From Verrucomicrobiaceae bacterium (GTDB lineage: Bacteria; Verrucomicrobiota; Verrucomicrobiia; Verrucomicrobiales; Akkermansiaceae), in NCBI GenBank assembly GCA_051252135.1, contig JBPOGH010000001.1, forward strand, positions 384,001-448,000: DNA of 64,000 nt, written 5' to 3'. The position numbers and the translations under genes are program-made. The notes beneath the pieces are model-generated. The model was not told the DNA's origin, made no database searches, and saw only the letters and a list, made by a program, of their open reading frames with translations. This document shows, in pieces, positions 10,429 through 20,173 of this stretch (the first letter of the stretch is position 1; the number at the start of each line of letters is the position of its first letter).

Positions 10429-11975
10429 CCGTTCCCCCTTCCTGAAAATGGCCACTCGTTCCATAGACGGTTCATTTCTGACTCCTCCGGCTTCTGCTTT
10501 GCGTATGCCAGGCGAATCCATGTCCCCGTAAGAAGCTCAAAATAGTCAAACTCACTCACCCCGGTCCCACTCAACCTCCTCAGACAATCACTCTCCGTAT
10601 CCGACTCTTCAATCTCGACCAAATCCCGGGCCACCAGTGAACCGATCGCCCCCCGATACAGCAATCCCATCGCCTCCCGCACGTTACCCTCCGCCCACAA
10701 CCGCTTTGCTACCGACAAAATATCCGCAGGCAAACTCTCCGGCGTAATTTGCATCCCAGCCACCGTCTTCACCTTCTTCCTTTCAATACCTCCCCGTGCC
10801 ACAGGCCCGTTAAACGCCTGCAAGTTATGAACAATCAACCATACCAATCCCCCGACCACGACGATCACCACGGCCCAAAATATCAACTGTCCCACCCCCG
10901 CAAAAAGTCCCAACCCACTTCCATCCTCCGCGTCACTCCCGCTCCCGGCCTCCTCCTCTTCGAATTCCCCTGAATCATCCTCCTTCTCAACCTTCGTGCG
11001 ACTGATTCGATTCTGTATCTCGAAATCTTCGCTCGCCAACACCTCATTGATCCGCTCTTCCGCAGTCGAGGCCTCCACCTGAAGCCCCCCTCCGAAAAGG
11101 GAAAGCACGAGCACGAGCAACCCAAGCCGCTGCCCCAGGCGCTTAAAACTCAGCTCGATATCCCAGCCCTCCGTCAGAGTTCGACTGTTGACATAAAGTC
11201 CGAATCCTCCCCCTGCATAAAACCAAGAGGTCAGTGACATGGAGATTACATAAGCCACCGCCATCAATGCCATGGTCCACTCGGGAAGCACATCAGGACC
11301 CGCTTTAAAAAAATCACTCACCAACTGCCCCACATCCCACTCCGTTCCCGCGGGAATCATAAAATCGATCAGATAAAACAGGCTCACAAAAAGCCCTACT
11401 TCCATCAATAGACAGAGCAAGGTCAGCGCAAAGGCCGTCCCGGAACTCCGACGGGTTAACAATGAAACCCTGGATCGATAAGCCGCCCCCTTCAGCCCTT
11501 CCAAAAATCGCACCGAGAGCACAAATGAGCGGTAAACCGATGATCGGTAAAACAGCACCCCGATCAAGCTCAGCCAAAACAGTGCCTGTAATCCCCCATC
11601 CGAATCCTCCTGATGCAACACCACCCCAAGACCCGAAAAGACCATTCCAATCACGACCAATAACCAATTCTCGCGTAGCTGGGCCGGCACCACCTTGATC
11701 GTCGCTTTCGTATTGGGAGCCTCTCCAAAAAGATGCCTGCTCAATGGAAATAAGGACACCCGATCCCAAATGGGTTTCAGCCACCAAATAAAAAACACCC
11801 CCCATCCCGGACTCTTCCAAAACACCCCCATGATGAGCAGCGACATGGGCAACACCGTCACCAGCCAGGCCCGCCACAAAGTCCCCAGATGGGCCCTTGC
11901 CAAACTCAAGCCCAGGTCAACCGCCTCCCATTCACTGCGCGGACGAATCTCCGCCGTCACTTTCTCAAGCTCCAC
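10425..11975 (-). CDS. Multi-pass membrane protein with C-terminal DUF4129-like domain
   Basis: IRPRSEWEAVDLG N-terminus, LYVNSRTLTEGWDIE, and C-terminal REAMGLLYRGAI...TESDCL...LAYA. Confidence 0.72.
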   Translation of the reverse strand: MELEKVTAEIRPRSEWEAVDLGLSLARAHLGTLWRAWLVTVLPMSLLIMGVFWKSPGWGVFFIWWLKPIWDRVSLFPLSRHLFGEAPNTKATIKVVPAQLRENWLLVVIGMVFSGLGVVLHQEDSDGGLQALFWLSLIGVLFYRSSVYRSFVLSVRFLEGLKGAAYRSRVSLLTRRSSGTAFALTLLCLLMEVGLFVSLFYLIDFMIPAGTEWDVGQLVSDFFKAGPDVLPEWTMALMAVAYVISMSLTSWFYAGGGFGLYVNSRTLTEGWDIELSFKRLGQRLGLLVLVLSLFGGGLQVEASTAEERINEVLASEDFEIQNRISRTKVEKEDDSGEFEEEEAGSGSDAEDGSGLGLFAGVGQLIFWAVVIVVVGGLVWLIVHNLQAFNGPVARGGIERKKVKTVAGMQITPESLPADILSVAKRLWAEGNVREAMGLLYRGAIGSLVARDLVEIEESDTESDCLRRLSGTGVSEFDYFELLTGTWIRLAYAKQKPEESEMNRLWNEWPFSGRGNG

Positions 11976-12933
11976 TCCGCCCCCTTCCTACAAAGGAAAA
12001 ATACAAGACGTGCAAAACCCAAAAGAAAATCCCCACGGCATACTTCGTTGCATTCTCAACCGGCTGGGCCGACCAAAAACCCTCCACCACAGCAGCCAAC
12101 CCCGTCATGCAAGCGCCTCCAATCAACAATGGCAGCCCGTCACGTCCGGCCTTTGATAACGCCTCACCCCGGGTCAGTCGGCCCGGATCCAGAAGCGCAA
12201 ACCCCATCTTCAAGCCCGCCATCCCGACCACAATCATTCCCAACAATTCAAAAGAAGAATGCCCCGCCACAAAGGACCACAACTTTTCAGGATCACCCGC
12301 ATATTCGACATAACCGACCACCGCTCCAATGTTCAAACCGTTGAATACCAGAAAAAACAAGGTCCCCACGCCATACAAAATCCCACTCGCAAACAGGCGG
12401 AAATCAATCCCCACATTGTTCCAGATGTAGAATGCAAACATCATGAAGTTCGATCCATGCTCCTGCCGTAAAAAGGAAACGGTATCCGCATCCTTCCCAT
12501 ACATCCCCTCAATGTTTGCCATCCCCTCCGCACCCAAAATCGATTGCACCCAGGCAATCTCCTTGGATGCCGACCACCACATCAGAAAAAAAGGCAGCCA
12601 AAACACCAAAGAGGCCAGAACAAACAATTTCCATTCCCGCCGAAACGCATTGGGAAACGTATCAATGGTGAACTGCACGGACCGCTCGCCAAACCCACCC
12701 CTGTTCCGGTGAATCAAACGGTATCCCCGAATCGCCAAATTATTCAGCCGATCACAAACCCGTGCTCCGTACATCCGATATTGCGCGAGTGCCAAATCAT
12801 GACAAACTCTTCGGAACATCCCCGGAACCTTCTCCGGCTCGATCGAAGGACCGCTCTTTTCCACCGTGCTCAAATGAAGCTCGAAGGAATTCCACTCAGC
12901 CGACTTACGCTGTTCAAATTCCTGCCTGTTCAT
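11965..12933 (-). CDS. SpoIIM-family membrane protein
   Basis: CHDLALAQ, FYIWNNVGI, LVFNG and HSSFEL motifs. MoxR/RDD context. Confidence 0.85.
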   Translation of the reverse strand: MNRQEFEQRKSAEWNSFELHLSTVEKSGPSIEPEKVPGMFRRVCHDLALAQYRMYGARVCDRLNNLAIRGYRLIHRNRGGFGERSVQFTIDTFPNAFRREWKLFVLASLVFWLPFFLMWWSASKEIAWVQSILGAEGMANIEGMYGKDADTVSFLRQEHGSNFMMFAFYIWNNVGIDFRLFASGILYGVGTLFFLVFNGLNIGAVVGYVEYAGDPEKLWSFVAGHSSFELLGMIVVGMAGLKMGFALLDPGRLTRGEALSKAGRDGLPLLIGGACMTGLAAVVEGFWSAQPVENATKYAVGIFFWVLHVLYFSFVGRGRSGA

Positions 12934-13640
12934 ACGTGGTCCTCCAGCCAGTGGGCCATTCCGGTTAGCACACCCACCCCTTTCGCCCCCACACTCCCCG
13001 TCAACGGCTCCAGGTGATTCGCCAACTCGGCTCGCCGCGCCTCAGACCAAGTTCCGGAGCGATGACGGAAGGAAATTATCGCCGCACGCTCCTCCCGGGT
13101 AAGCGCCACGTGAATCGGCACCGCCGCGATTGGTGGAGGCCCCGAAAACGTCGACTCGGGCCTGTCCTTGGAATACACCACCAAGGTTCCACCCGCCAAA
13201 TCCCCCAACCGCTGAAAGCGTGAATTAAAAAACGCCACCATGGGCAGAAATGGCAGCGTCATCTCAATTCCTCGCAGAAAATTCCGAATCATCGACTGAC
13301 CTACCGTCACCGTCCCGCCGGCCATATTCACTACCCGCAAACCCGTAATCCGCTTTCCGGGAGTCGCGCCCTTAATGCCAACTTCGAAAAATACTGGATA
13401 GAACCAGTAAATCGCAAACGCCGTCAGCAACATGATCCCGGTCGCCACATTACTTCCGACCCCAAGCGAGAGCATCCCAAACACCATCGCCAGCAACCAA
13501 AAAACCGCAATTTCGATCAGCAAGTCCAGAGCGTAAGCCACCACACGTAAAAATGGACCCGCGATCCGCAAGTGGACTTCCATCCCCTCCGCCAACTCTA
13601 CTGTTTGTAGCGTATCCAGTCTCCGTTGAACCCCTGCCAT
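12930..13640 (-). CDS. RDD-family membrane protein
   Basis: AGPFLRVVAYALDLLI, GATPGKRITGLRVV and QRLGDLAGGTLVV. Confidence 0.9.
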   Translation of the reverse strand: MAGVQRRLDTLQTVELAEGMEVHLRIAGPFLRVVAYALDLLIEIAVFWLLAMVFGMLSLGVGSNVATGIMLLTAFAIYWFYPVFFEVGIKGATPGKRITGLRVVNMAGGTVTVGQSMIRNFLRGIEMTLPFLPMVAFFNSRFQRLGDLAGGTLVVYSKDRPESTFSGPPPIAAVPIHVALTREERAAIISFRHRSGTWSEARRAELANHLEPLTGSVGAKGVGVLTGMAHWLEDHV

Positions 13641-13709
13641 TTTCAGAGGGAGAATCTACCAGCCCCATGGACTGCGTAAAGGATTCTGAACCCAAAATGA
13701 GAGAAAAAA

Positions 13710-13785
13710 TGGAGCCAGCTGTCGGATTCGAACCGACAACCACTCGATTACAAATCGAGAGCTCTACCGTTGAAGCTAAGCTGGC
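13710..13785 (-). tRNA. tRNA-Thr (anticodon TGT), CCA encoded
   Basis: Reverse complement GCCAGCTTAGCTTCAACGGTAGAGCTCTCGATTTGTAATCGAGTGGTTGTCGGTTCGAATCCGACAGCTGGCTCCA folds as a cloverleaf. Anticodon arm CTCGA-TTTGTAA-TCGAG, T-loop TTCGAAT. Confidence 0.97.
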
Positions 13786-13878
13786 TTGGATTCACCTTCA
13801 AAAGGCGGACTGTTGACCTCGGTCAACGGGCGGGAGAATACAAATCCCGACTACTCTGGCAAGTTTTATACCAAGGAT

Positions 13879-15084
13879 TTACCTCGGTTTCAGAGACAAC
13901 TTCATTGCCGGCATGATCATCATCGTGGCGACCATCATCAATCCGGCCCCGAGAACCCCTACCCAGACCGGGCCCAGACTCGAGGCCATCTGGAAAGCAA
14001 TAAATGGAGCCACCACGCCGCGGCACCCCGTCAGGAAGGTATGAACACTCATATACTCCGCCACATTCTCCGCGTTCGCAAATTTCGTCACCCAAAGCGT
14101 CCACGCCACATTCCCCCCCGCTCGCGCCACCCCGTGCAAACCGATTCCAACATACAACGCCCACATCCCGTTCCCCAGGAAGTAACAAAGAATTCCCGCA
14201 GCAAAGATCACATTGATCAGGGCCCGCAAAACATAAAAATTCATCCGGTCAAAAAGCCTCCCCCATACCAAAATACACACCAGAAACAGCGATTCCGGAA
14301 TCACCGTCGTGATCACGCTGACATGCCCTTCGCTTAGAAAAAAACCATATTTCTCGTTCGTGATGTACTCCACGAAAAGTGAGAAGCACATCAGGTTTCC
14401 CATCCCCAATATCATCCAGGAAATCAATAAGCTTCGAAATGCCCGGTCCTCCCCGGTATGGCGAAACGCGTCGAAGAGCTTCACCGCATTCACCCGCCGG
14501 AGGGTCACCTGATCCATCGCCAGAACACAACAGGCCATCAACCCGCAAGCCCCCGAATAGAAACGGAGCAACCAGGGAAAATAATCGAGTGAAAGTGTCA
14601 GCATCCAACCGAACAGAAGGGCCGCAATGATCGCGAACACTTTCCTCACAAAAGCCGTCATTGAAAACAACCGTCCACGGGATTCATCCGGATAATGTCT
14701 CCGGTAAATTTGTGAAAACAACGGAACGTTCAGAGTCACCCCGATCAAACCAAGGGACATCCCCATCAAATACATCCAGAACCGGTCACCAGCCATCGAG
14801 GCCACCCAGAAACCGACACCTGCCGCCCCAAAAATCAGCGCCAACGCCTTATTCACTGACATCCCCGATCGCCTCACCCCCTGAACCACAAAAAGGCTGA
14901 GCAATAACCCCAAACTCGGAAGTGCTACCAGCGTCGCCTTCGACCATGACCCCGCATCAAACACCCGGTCCGCCAATAAAATGGAAAACGTCGTTCCTAC
15001 CGTCTCCACCACCCCCGCCGGGATCGCACGCAGACTATCCAGCTTGAATGTCTTTGCGTGATAGGAACTTTCCTCGCTAGGCAC
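13879..15084 (-). CDS. MFS transporter
   Basis: About 12 hydrophobic segments, YPDESRGRLFS and WGRLFDR MFS-like loop motifs. Confidence 0.8.
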   Translation of the reverse strand: MPSEESSYHAKTFKLDSLRAIPAGVVETVGTTFSILLADRVFDAGSWSKATLVALPSLGLLLSLFVVQGVRRSGMSVNKALALIFGAAGVGFWVASMAGDRFWMYLMGMSLGLIGVTLNVPLFSQIYRRHYPDESRGRLFSMTAFVRKVFAIIAALLFGWMLTLSLDYFPWLLRFYSGACGLMACCVLAMDQVTLRRVNAVKLFDAFRHTGEDRAFRSLLISWMILGMGNLMCFSLFVEYITNEKYGFFLSEGHVSVITTVIPESLFLVCILVWGRLFDRMNFYVLRALINVIFAAGILCYFLGNGMWALYVGIGLHGVARAGGNVAWTLWVTKFANAENVAEYMSVHTFLTGCRGVVAPFIAFQMASSLGPVWVGVLGAGLMMVATMMIMPAMKLSLKPR

Positions 15085-16054
15085 GTCCTCCCCCCTTGTC
15101 TGCAGCCAGCCACCAGTAAAAAGACAGACTCACCAACACCGATGCCAACCCCACATGGAGCACCTGAACAACCGCGCTGATTTCAACATGGGTAAACACC
15201 AGCCCCATGATCATAAACGCCAAAACAATCAGCAACACAAGTCGGGGCACCAACCCGCACCATCCCACTCGCCAACCGGCCCATAGCGCCGCGGCAAAGA
15301 TCGCCCACGAGAAACTCCGGTGAACCAAAAAGATCAGCGACCCGTCAATCTGCCCAATCCAGTCCCCCCGCGATTCCGTTCCCAACTGACGCTGTAAAAC
15401 ATCCGTCATCTCTCTGATCTGCGACCCCATCACCCCCTCCAAAAGAACGAAAAAAAGGAGAATCCCCACCTCGAGTCGCGAAGCCCCCATAATCGACTTC
15501 GGTCGTCGTTCTCCGGTCCCTGCCCAATAAATATAGACGAGGAGAAAAAGCAAAATGAAGGCCAGCACCATATGCGAGGTAATCACCCCGCTACGCAGCC
15601 CGCTGTAGACCACCGCTGCACCCAAAATCGCATTCAGAATCACCAGAATGAAACTCCACACCGCAGCCTTTCGGACCGCCCCCGGAAGCTGTGTTCTCCG
15701 CAGAGCCTTCACCATCAGGACCAGCGTGCTTAACAAGACCGGCAGTGCAAACAGGCGATTCACAAATTCAATGTAGGTGTGCGTCCCGTTAAATTCCGCC
15801 CTCAATGACTCCTTGGTAATCTCACTGGGATCACGTCCGAGCTTCTTCGCCGCCCGCTCGAATCGCTCCATATCGAGATGGTCAAAGTCCACCTGCTCAA
15901 CCTTCCAGGGCGGAATCAACCGCCCCCAGCAAGTGGGCCAATCCGGACAACCAAGACCGGCTCCCGAAGTCCTCACCGTCGCACCCACAAAAACCAGAAC
16001 TGTAACAAAAAAGAGCGCGATCATCGCCGCTCGCTTCACTCCATTGCTTCGCAC
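15077..16054 (-). CDS. ctaA: Heme A synthase, COX15/CtaA family
   Basis: VRTSGAGLGCPDWPTC, IEFVNR and conserved TM histidines (SHM, VHR, LHV). Confidence 0.82.
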   Translation of the reverse strand: MRSNGVKRAAMIALFFVTVLVFVGATVRTSGAGLGCPDWPTCWGRLIPPWKVEQVDFDHLDMERFERAAKKLGRDPSEITKESLRAEFNGTHTYIEFVNRLFALPVLLSTLVLMVKALRRTQLPGAVRKAAVWSFILVILNAILGAAVVYSGLRSGVITSHMVLAFILLFLLVYIYWAGTGERRPKSIMGASRLEVGILLFFVLLEGVMGSQIREMTDVLQRQLGTESRGDWIGQIDGSLIFLVHRSFSWAIFAAALWAGWRVGWCGLVPRLVLLIVLAFMIMGLVFTHVEISAVVQVLHVGLASVLVSLSFYWWLAADKGGGRA

Positions 16055-16091
16055 CCCGACACCCTAGCTTCTTTTTCGCCGCTGACAATTG

Positions 16092-17276
16092 TTAGCTCTG
16101 CGAAGCGTCTCCCAATCTGGGAGACAAATCAACATCCTCATCCAACATGCTCTGATCGGAAACTTGGTCATCACCATCCGGAACAAGAATCGGCCGCCTC
16201 TTCTCCTTGGTGATCGCCACCGAAACCCAACGCAACTCGTCGTTATTGTCCAGCATCACCTTAACCACCATCGTCAGAGGAACCGCCAGCAGCATTCCCA
16301 CCGGCCCCCAGATAAATCCCCAGAAGAGAACCGACACAATCACCACCAAAGTCGAAAGTCCAAAGCGTCTTCCCATCAGCATCGGCTCAAGGAAGTTCCC
16401 CAAAAATACATTGATCGAAGCATACCCCACAAAAATCGCCACCGCACTGGGACCACCCGAAAGAACCAGAGCCAAAATAAATGGCGGCACCCCCGCAATA
16501 ATTGATCCCAAAACCGGAATGAAATTCAGCGCGAACGCCAGAATCCCCCAAAGAACGAAGAAATCAAGCCGCGCAGCCCAACACAGGAATCCGGCCAAAA
16601 CACCCGTCGCAAGGCTCACCACCGTCTTCATCGCAAGATATCGTTGAATGTCGGAGGTCGCGTGAAGAATACGCTCCAGATTCGGTCCGCGCGCATCCAG
16701 CACCGCATTCACCCGTCGACCGAACATCCTCGCCTCACTGATCATGAAAATCGTCAGGATCAGAACCAGAAGCGTCGCCCCCAGAAAGGACAACACCTGC
16801 CAGGCCACGTTGGTGCCCAGATCGAGCACCTTGCTGACCGAAAAATTCTCTGCAATCTGTTCCTGCAGCTTCGACGTTCCATACACCTCCACCTTCTCCC
16901 GCGCGTCCTCCACATTCCACGCCTCCAAAACACCCACCGCCTGATCCGACACCTCCTGAATCCGCACATTGAGCTGCGGATAGTATTTGTCATGCCACTT
17001 CGTCTCCAGATCACCCAACAAGGAAACACCGATCAGAACAATCCCGCTCAAAAAGGCAAAATCAACCAGCACCGTCAGCAACACCGCGAAAAAACGAGGC
17101 ACCTTGTGCCGCCGTAACCAACTCGTAATCGGAAAACTGATCGTCGCAATGAAGGCCGCCAACAGAATCGGAACAAAAAAACCCTGAGCCAATTTAAGCC
17201 CGGTCACAAGAATCACCACACTCGCTGCGGTCACCAATATCCGTGTAGCATTGGCACTCTGTCGTTCTTCTACCAT
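16092..17276 (-). CDS. AI-2E family transporter
   Basis: FALNFIPVLGSII, NFLEPMLMGRRFGLS and FWGFIWGPVGMLLAVPL. Confidence 0.9.
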   Translation of the reverse strand: MVEERQSANATRILVTAASVVILVTGLKLAQGFFVPILLAAFIATISFPITSWLRRHKVPRFFAVLLTVLVDFAFLSGIVLIGVSLLGDLETKWHDKYYPQLNVRIQEVSDQAVGVLEAWNVEDAREKVEVYGTSKLQEQIAENFSVSKVLDLGTNVAWQVLSFLGATLLVLILTIFMISEARMFGRRVNAVLDARGPNLERILHATSDIQRYLAMKTVVSLATGVLAGFLCWAARLDFFVLWGILAFALNFIPVLGSIIAGVPPFILALVLSGGPSAVAIFVGYASINVFLGNFLEPMLMGRRFGLSTLVVIVSVLFWGFIWGPVGMLLAVPLTMVVKVMLDNNDELRWVSVAITKEKRRPILVPDGDDQVSDQSMLDEDVDLSPRLGDASQS

Positions 17277-17365
17277 TTTCCTAATCCCATCTCTCCATGC
17301 AAGGTCACCGAAGATAGTCAGATTTCAACAAAATCACAAAAGGAATCAACCAACCGACAACGTTT

Positions 17366-18322
17366 TTACAGGATCTCCCCCGATCCCCCCAGCGACTTGA
17401 AGCCACCGCGCACCTTCAAATCCATCAGGGCCGGCCCAAGTTCGGGCCAGCGAAACACAAAGCCCCCCTTCTCCAGCCTCCCCGGAACCACCCATCGGCT
17501 CTTCAAAACCATCTCAGTTTCAGTCCGTAACAAGAACGCCCCCGCTTCCAACATCAATTTGCTCGCCGGAAGCCCCCACCTTCTCCCCTCCACCTTGCGA
17601 AACACCTCCATCACCTCCCGGTTGGTTTGGGCCGTCGGAGCCACCACGTTATAAATCCCTTCACTTTCATGGTTCGAAATCAGCCAATCAACCACCCGAC
17701 AAAAATCCTCCACGTGAATCCAGCTGACCCGTTGATGGCCACTTCCCATCGTCCCACCCAACCACCACCTCGATAAGGTCGCCAGGTAGTCGTACACCGT
17801 CCCCGGTTCGTTCGCGATCACCATCGCGGTCCTCATCGCCACTTTGCGCACCTCTCCCGGCACCACGCTTTGGAAAAAAGCCTCCTCCCACGCGTTCGCA
17901 ATCCCCACCGAAAACCCACTCCCGATCTCTCCGCTCACTTCATCTTGTGCCCGATCTTCAGCGTGCCGGTAGATCGTTGCCGTGCTCGAATTCAGCCAAA
18001 ACTTTGGCGGACACCGGCATCCCGCGATCGCCTCACCCAGCACCCGCGTGCTCACCACCCGACTCTCCAGAATCAACTTCCGGTTCTGCTCTCCATACCG
18101 GCAGTTGACGCTCCGTCCCGCCAAATTCACGAGAACTTCCGCACCCTCCAGGTCACCCTGCCAGTCGCCCGGATTGACCGCGTCCCAACGCCGATCAACC
18201 ACCCCTTCAATGACTCCCGCGTTCCGGCTCAACCCCACCACCTCCCAGTCCCGGTCCAAAAACCAGCGACTTAAATATCGCCCCAAAAATCCGTTCGCTC
18301 CTGCGATAACTACCTTCTTCAT
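17366..18322 (-). CDS. TIGR01777-family NAD-dependent epimerase/oxidoreductase
   Basis: AGANGFLG Rossmann motif, VNLAGRSVNCRY, ESRVVST, SWIHVEDF and C-terminal LKSRWVVPGRL (DUF1731-like). Confidence 0.9.
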   Translation of the reverse strand: MKKVVIAGANGFLGRYLSRWFLDRDWEVVGLSRNAGVIEGVVDRRWDAVNPGDWQGDLEGAEVLVNLAGRSVNCRYGEQNRKLILESRVVSTRVLGEAIAGCRCPPKFWLNSSTATIYRHAEDRAQDEVSGEIGSGFSVGIANAWEEAFFQSVVPGEVRKVAMRTAMVIANEPGTVYDYLATLSRWWLGGTMGSGHQRVSWIHVEDFCRVVDWLISNHESEGIYNVVAPTAQTNREVMEVFRKVEGRRWGLPASKLMLEAGAFLLRTETEMVLKSRWVVPGRLEKGGFVFRWPELGPALMDLKVRGGFKSLGGSGEIL

Positions 18323-18326
18323 TCGT

Positions 18327-19223
18327 TCAATTGATTAGATTCATCACGCTCAAACACCGCTCAATCACCTCACTCTGAAACGCTGCCGGAAACAACCACC
18401 CCAGCGGCAAGGCCACCAAAAGGAGACTCCCCAACCGACCGAAGCGTCTCCCCCACCTCACCTCCACCAGCGTTAGCAATCCGTGCAGCGTAAAATACAA
18501 GGTCGGCAGCCCCCACCCCTCTTGCACCACCAGCGTAATCGCCACCTCGTGCAACAAGCCCGATACCACAAACACCGCCATTACCCCGGCACCATTCCCA
18601 AGCACCCCACCCACCGGCCTTCCCACCACCCGCTGCATCATCTGCGAGTATCCCACATTCCATCTTCGCCCCCAAAAGTCTCCCACCCCTCTCGCCTTCA
18701 GGAGATTTGGAAAGAGCGTCCTCACCGGAAACCCCGCCCTCCGGTGCAGCCCCTTCAGCACCCGCAACGCCCCGAAATGAAACCCCAGACTCATCGGGAC
18801 AAACATCACCAAAATCTGCCGCCACCCCATCTCCCACACCACCCAAGCCCCCACCGTCCCCACCACCATCATCAGGATTCCCCACTTCAAATCCCCCTTC
18901 CAGCTCAACCCCTCCCGCCGCTTTTCAAAACTCCCCGGATCCATCCCAAACCACAACAGCCCAAAGATCAAATAACGTCCCCCCCCCAACCTCCCGCCCC
19001 ACTCCGCATACACCAGCCCCTTCATCCCCCCCAACAACACCGCACAAACCCCTGCCATCCGCACAATCGGATCAACCTCCAGCAACACCAGGTGGCTGAC
19101 TCCAATCAACCCCAGAACCAATAACCATCCCAAGAACCGCCGTGGCCAAACTTGGCGGACTTCAGCCAAAATCCTTCCCCCTAGTAACCCCGCTCCCAAC
19201 AAAGCAAACAGAACCCAAATCAT
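18327..19223 (-). CDS. Membrane-bound O-acyltransferase (MBOAT_2/wax synthase-like)
   Basis: DFWGRRWN and VFVVSGLLHE (catalytic His). ATG 19223 overlaps the upstream stop (ATGA). Confidence 0.82.
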   Translation of the reverse strand: MIWVLFALLGAGLLGGRILAEVRQVWPRRFLGWLLVLGLIGVSHLVLLEVDPIVRMAGVCAVLLGGMKGLVYAEWGGRLGGGRYLIFGLLWFGMDPGSFEKRREGLSWKGDLKWGILMMVVGTVGAWVVWEMGWRQILVMFVPMSLGFHFGALRVLKGLHRRAGFPVRTLFPNLLKARGVGDFWGRRWNVGYSQMMQRVVGRPVGGVLGNGAGVMAVFVVSGLLHEVAITLVVQEGWGLPTLYFTLHGLLTLVEVRWGRRFGRLGSLLLVALPLGWLFPAAFQSEVIERCLSVMNLIN

Positions 19224-19663
19224 CCCAGCCCCCTTTCTCCCAACCATCCCAGATTCCAGCATAGAACCGCTCCAAATGCCGTCACCAGACTCACAAAGAG
19301 CAAGGTCAGCAAATGCTTCGCCAACTCATTCCCCCGCGTCGGCTTCACCTCATCAAGATTGAAGCTGAAAAACTGCAACCCCAGACGCCACCCCCACCAC
19401 AGCGTGATAAATCCCGTCACCACCGCAGCCGACCGATGCCCACTCAGCAACCACTCCTGCTGCGTCAATGCCAGCACCGCAAAGAACACATGACTCGCAA
19501 AAACATACAACGCATAGGTCCACCACATCTGCTTCATCAACGGACTTAGCACCGCCAGCTTCCTCTTCCACTCAAGCGCCTTCGGTATCCAAAAGCTCGC
19601 CACGGTCAGAATCACCAGATTCAAGCCCGCCAAGGTCAGTCCAAGTTCCAGTAGTTCCTTCAT
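19220..19663 (-). CDS. Hypothetical 4-TM membrane protein
   Basis: ATG 19663 in ATGA overlap. Four hydrophobic helices, KQMWWTYALY and WWGWRLGLQFF. Resembles the adjacent gene. Confidence 0.75.
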   Translation of the reverse strand: MKELLELGLTLAGLNLVILTVASFWIPKALEWKRKLAVLSPLMKQMWWTYALYVFASHVFFAVLALTQQEWLLSGHRSAAVVTGFITLWWGWRLGLQFFSFNLDEVKPTRGNELAKHLLTLLFVSLVTAFGAVLCWNLGWLGERGLG

Positions 19664-20064
19664 CGTAGTAATCCCGCAGTGAAAAAGATGACCCCCAACG
19701 CCCCAAACACGATCAAAAAGAAGATGTCCCAAAATCGCTCCGCTGCCCGCAAACCTCCATCATAGTAGGTCAACTGAACCACCACCCGGCTCGTCCAGAA
19801 AACCCCAAAGAACACGCTCACCACCCGCCCCATCCCGGGCTCACGAAGCAACTCCGGCCAGCCCAGACAAAGAACCGCCAGAGCCGAAATCACAAACACA
19901 ATATAACCGCAGTGCACATAAAAGATCTGCCGCACAATCGTCTCCGCCCCCACAAGACTCCGGGCATAACCAAACCGCTTCGCCGCGATAAAGTTCGCCA
20001 CAATCAGCCCCGCGCAAGCCAACCCGGCAAGGCGAACCAACCAAATCAGTTGTTCTTCATTCAT
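19660..20064 (-). CDS. Hypothetical 4-TM membrane protein
   Basis: ATG 20064 preceded by AAGGA. RQIFYVHCGYI and FWTSRVVVQLTYY. Confidence 0.75.
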   Translation of the reverse strand: MNEEQLIWLVRLAGLACAGLIVANFIAAKRFGYARSLVGAETIVRQIFYVHCGYIVFVISALAVLCLGWPELLREPGMGRVVSVFFGVFWTSRVVVQLTYYDGGLRAAERFWDIFFLIVFGALGVIFFTAGLLR

Positions 20065-20075
20065 CGTCTTTCCTT

Positions 20076-20162
20076 TCAATCCCCAAACATCCACGTCAGC
20101 CGACGATGCCGCTTGGGTTCAAGTTTCAAAATCCTCCTTATCCGGCGAATCAACTTCTTCAT
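20076..20162 (-). CDS. Putative 28-aa cationic small protein MKKLIRRIRRILKLEPKRHRRLTWMFGD
   Basis: ATG 20162 to TGA 20076 fills the 109-nt gap in an otherwise tightly packed operon, leaving 11 nt on each side. Confidence 0.45.
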   Translation of the reverse strand: MKKLIRRIRRILKLEPKRHRRLTWMFGD

Positions 20163-20173
20163 CTCATCAGTTG

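Noticed and set aside
13640..13879. tRNA-Thr as an integration site for a genomic island
   Set aside because: No integrase nearby, no duplicated tRNA 3' end noticed, and the flanking genes look chromosomal.
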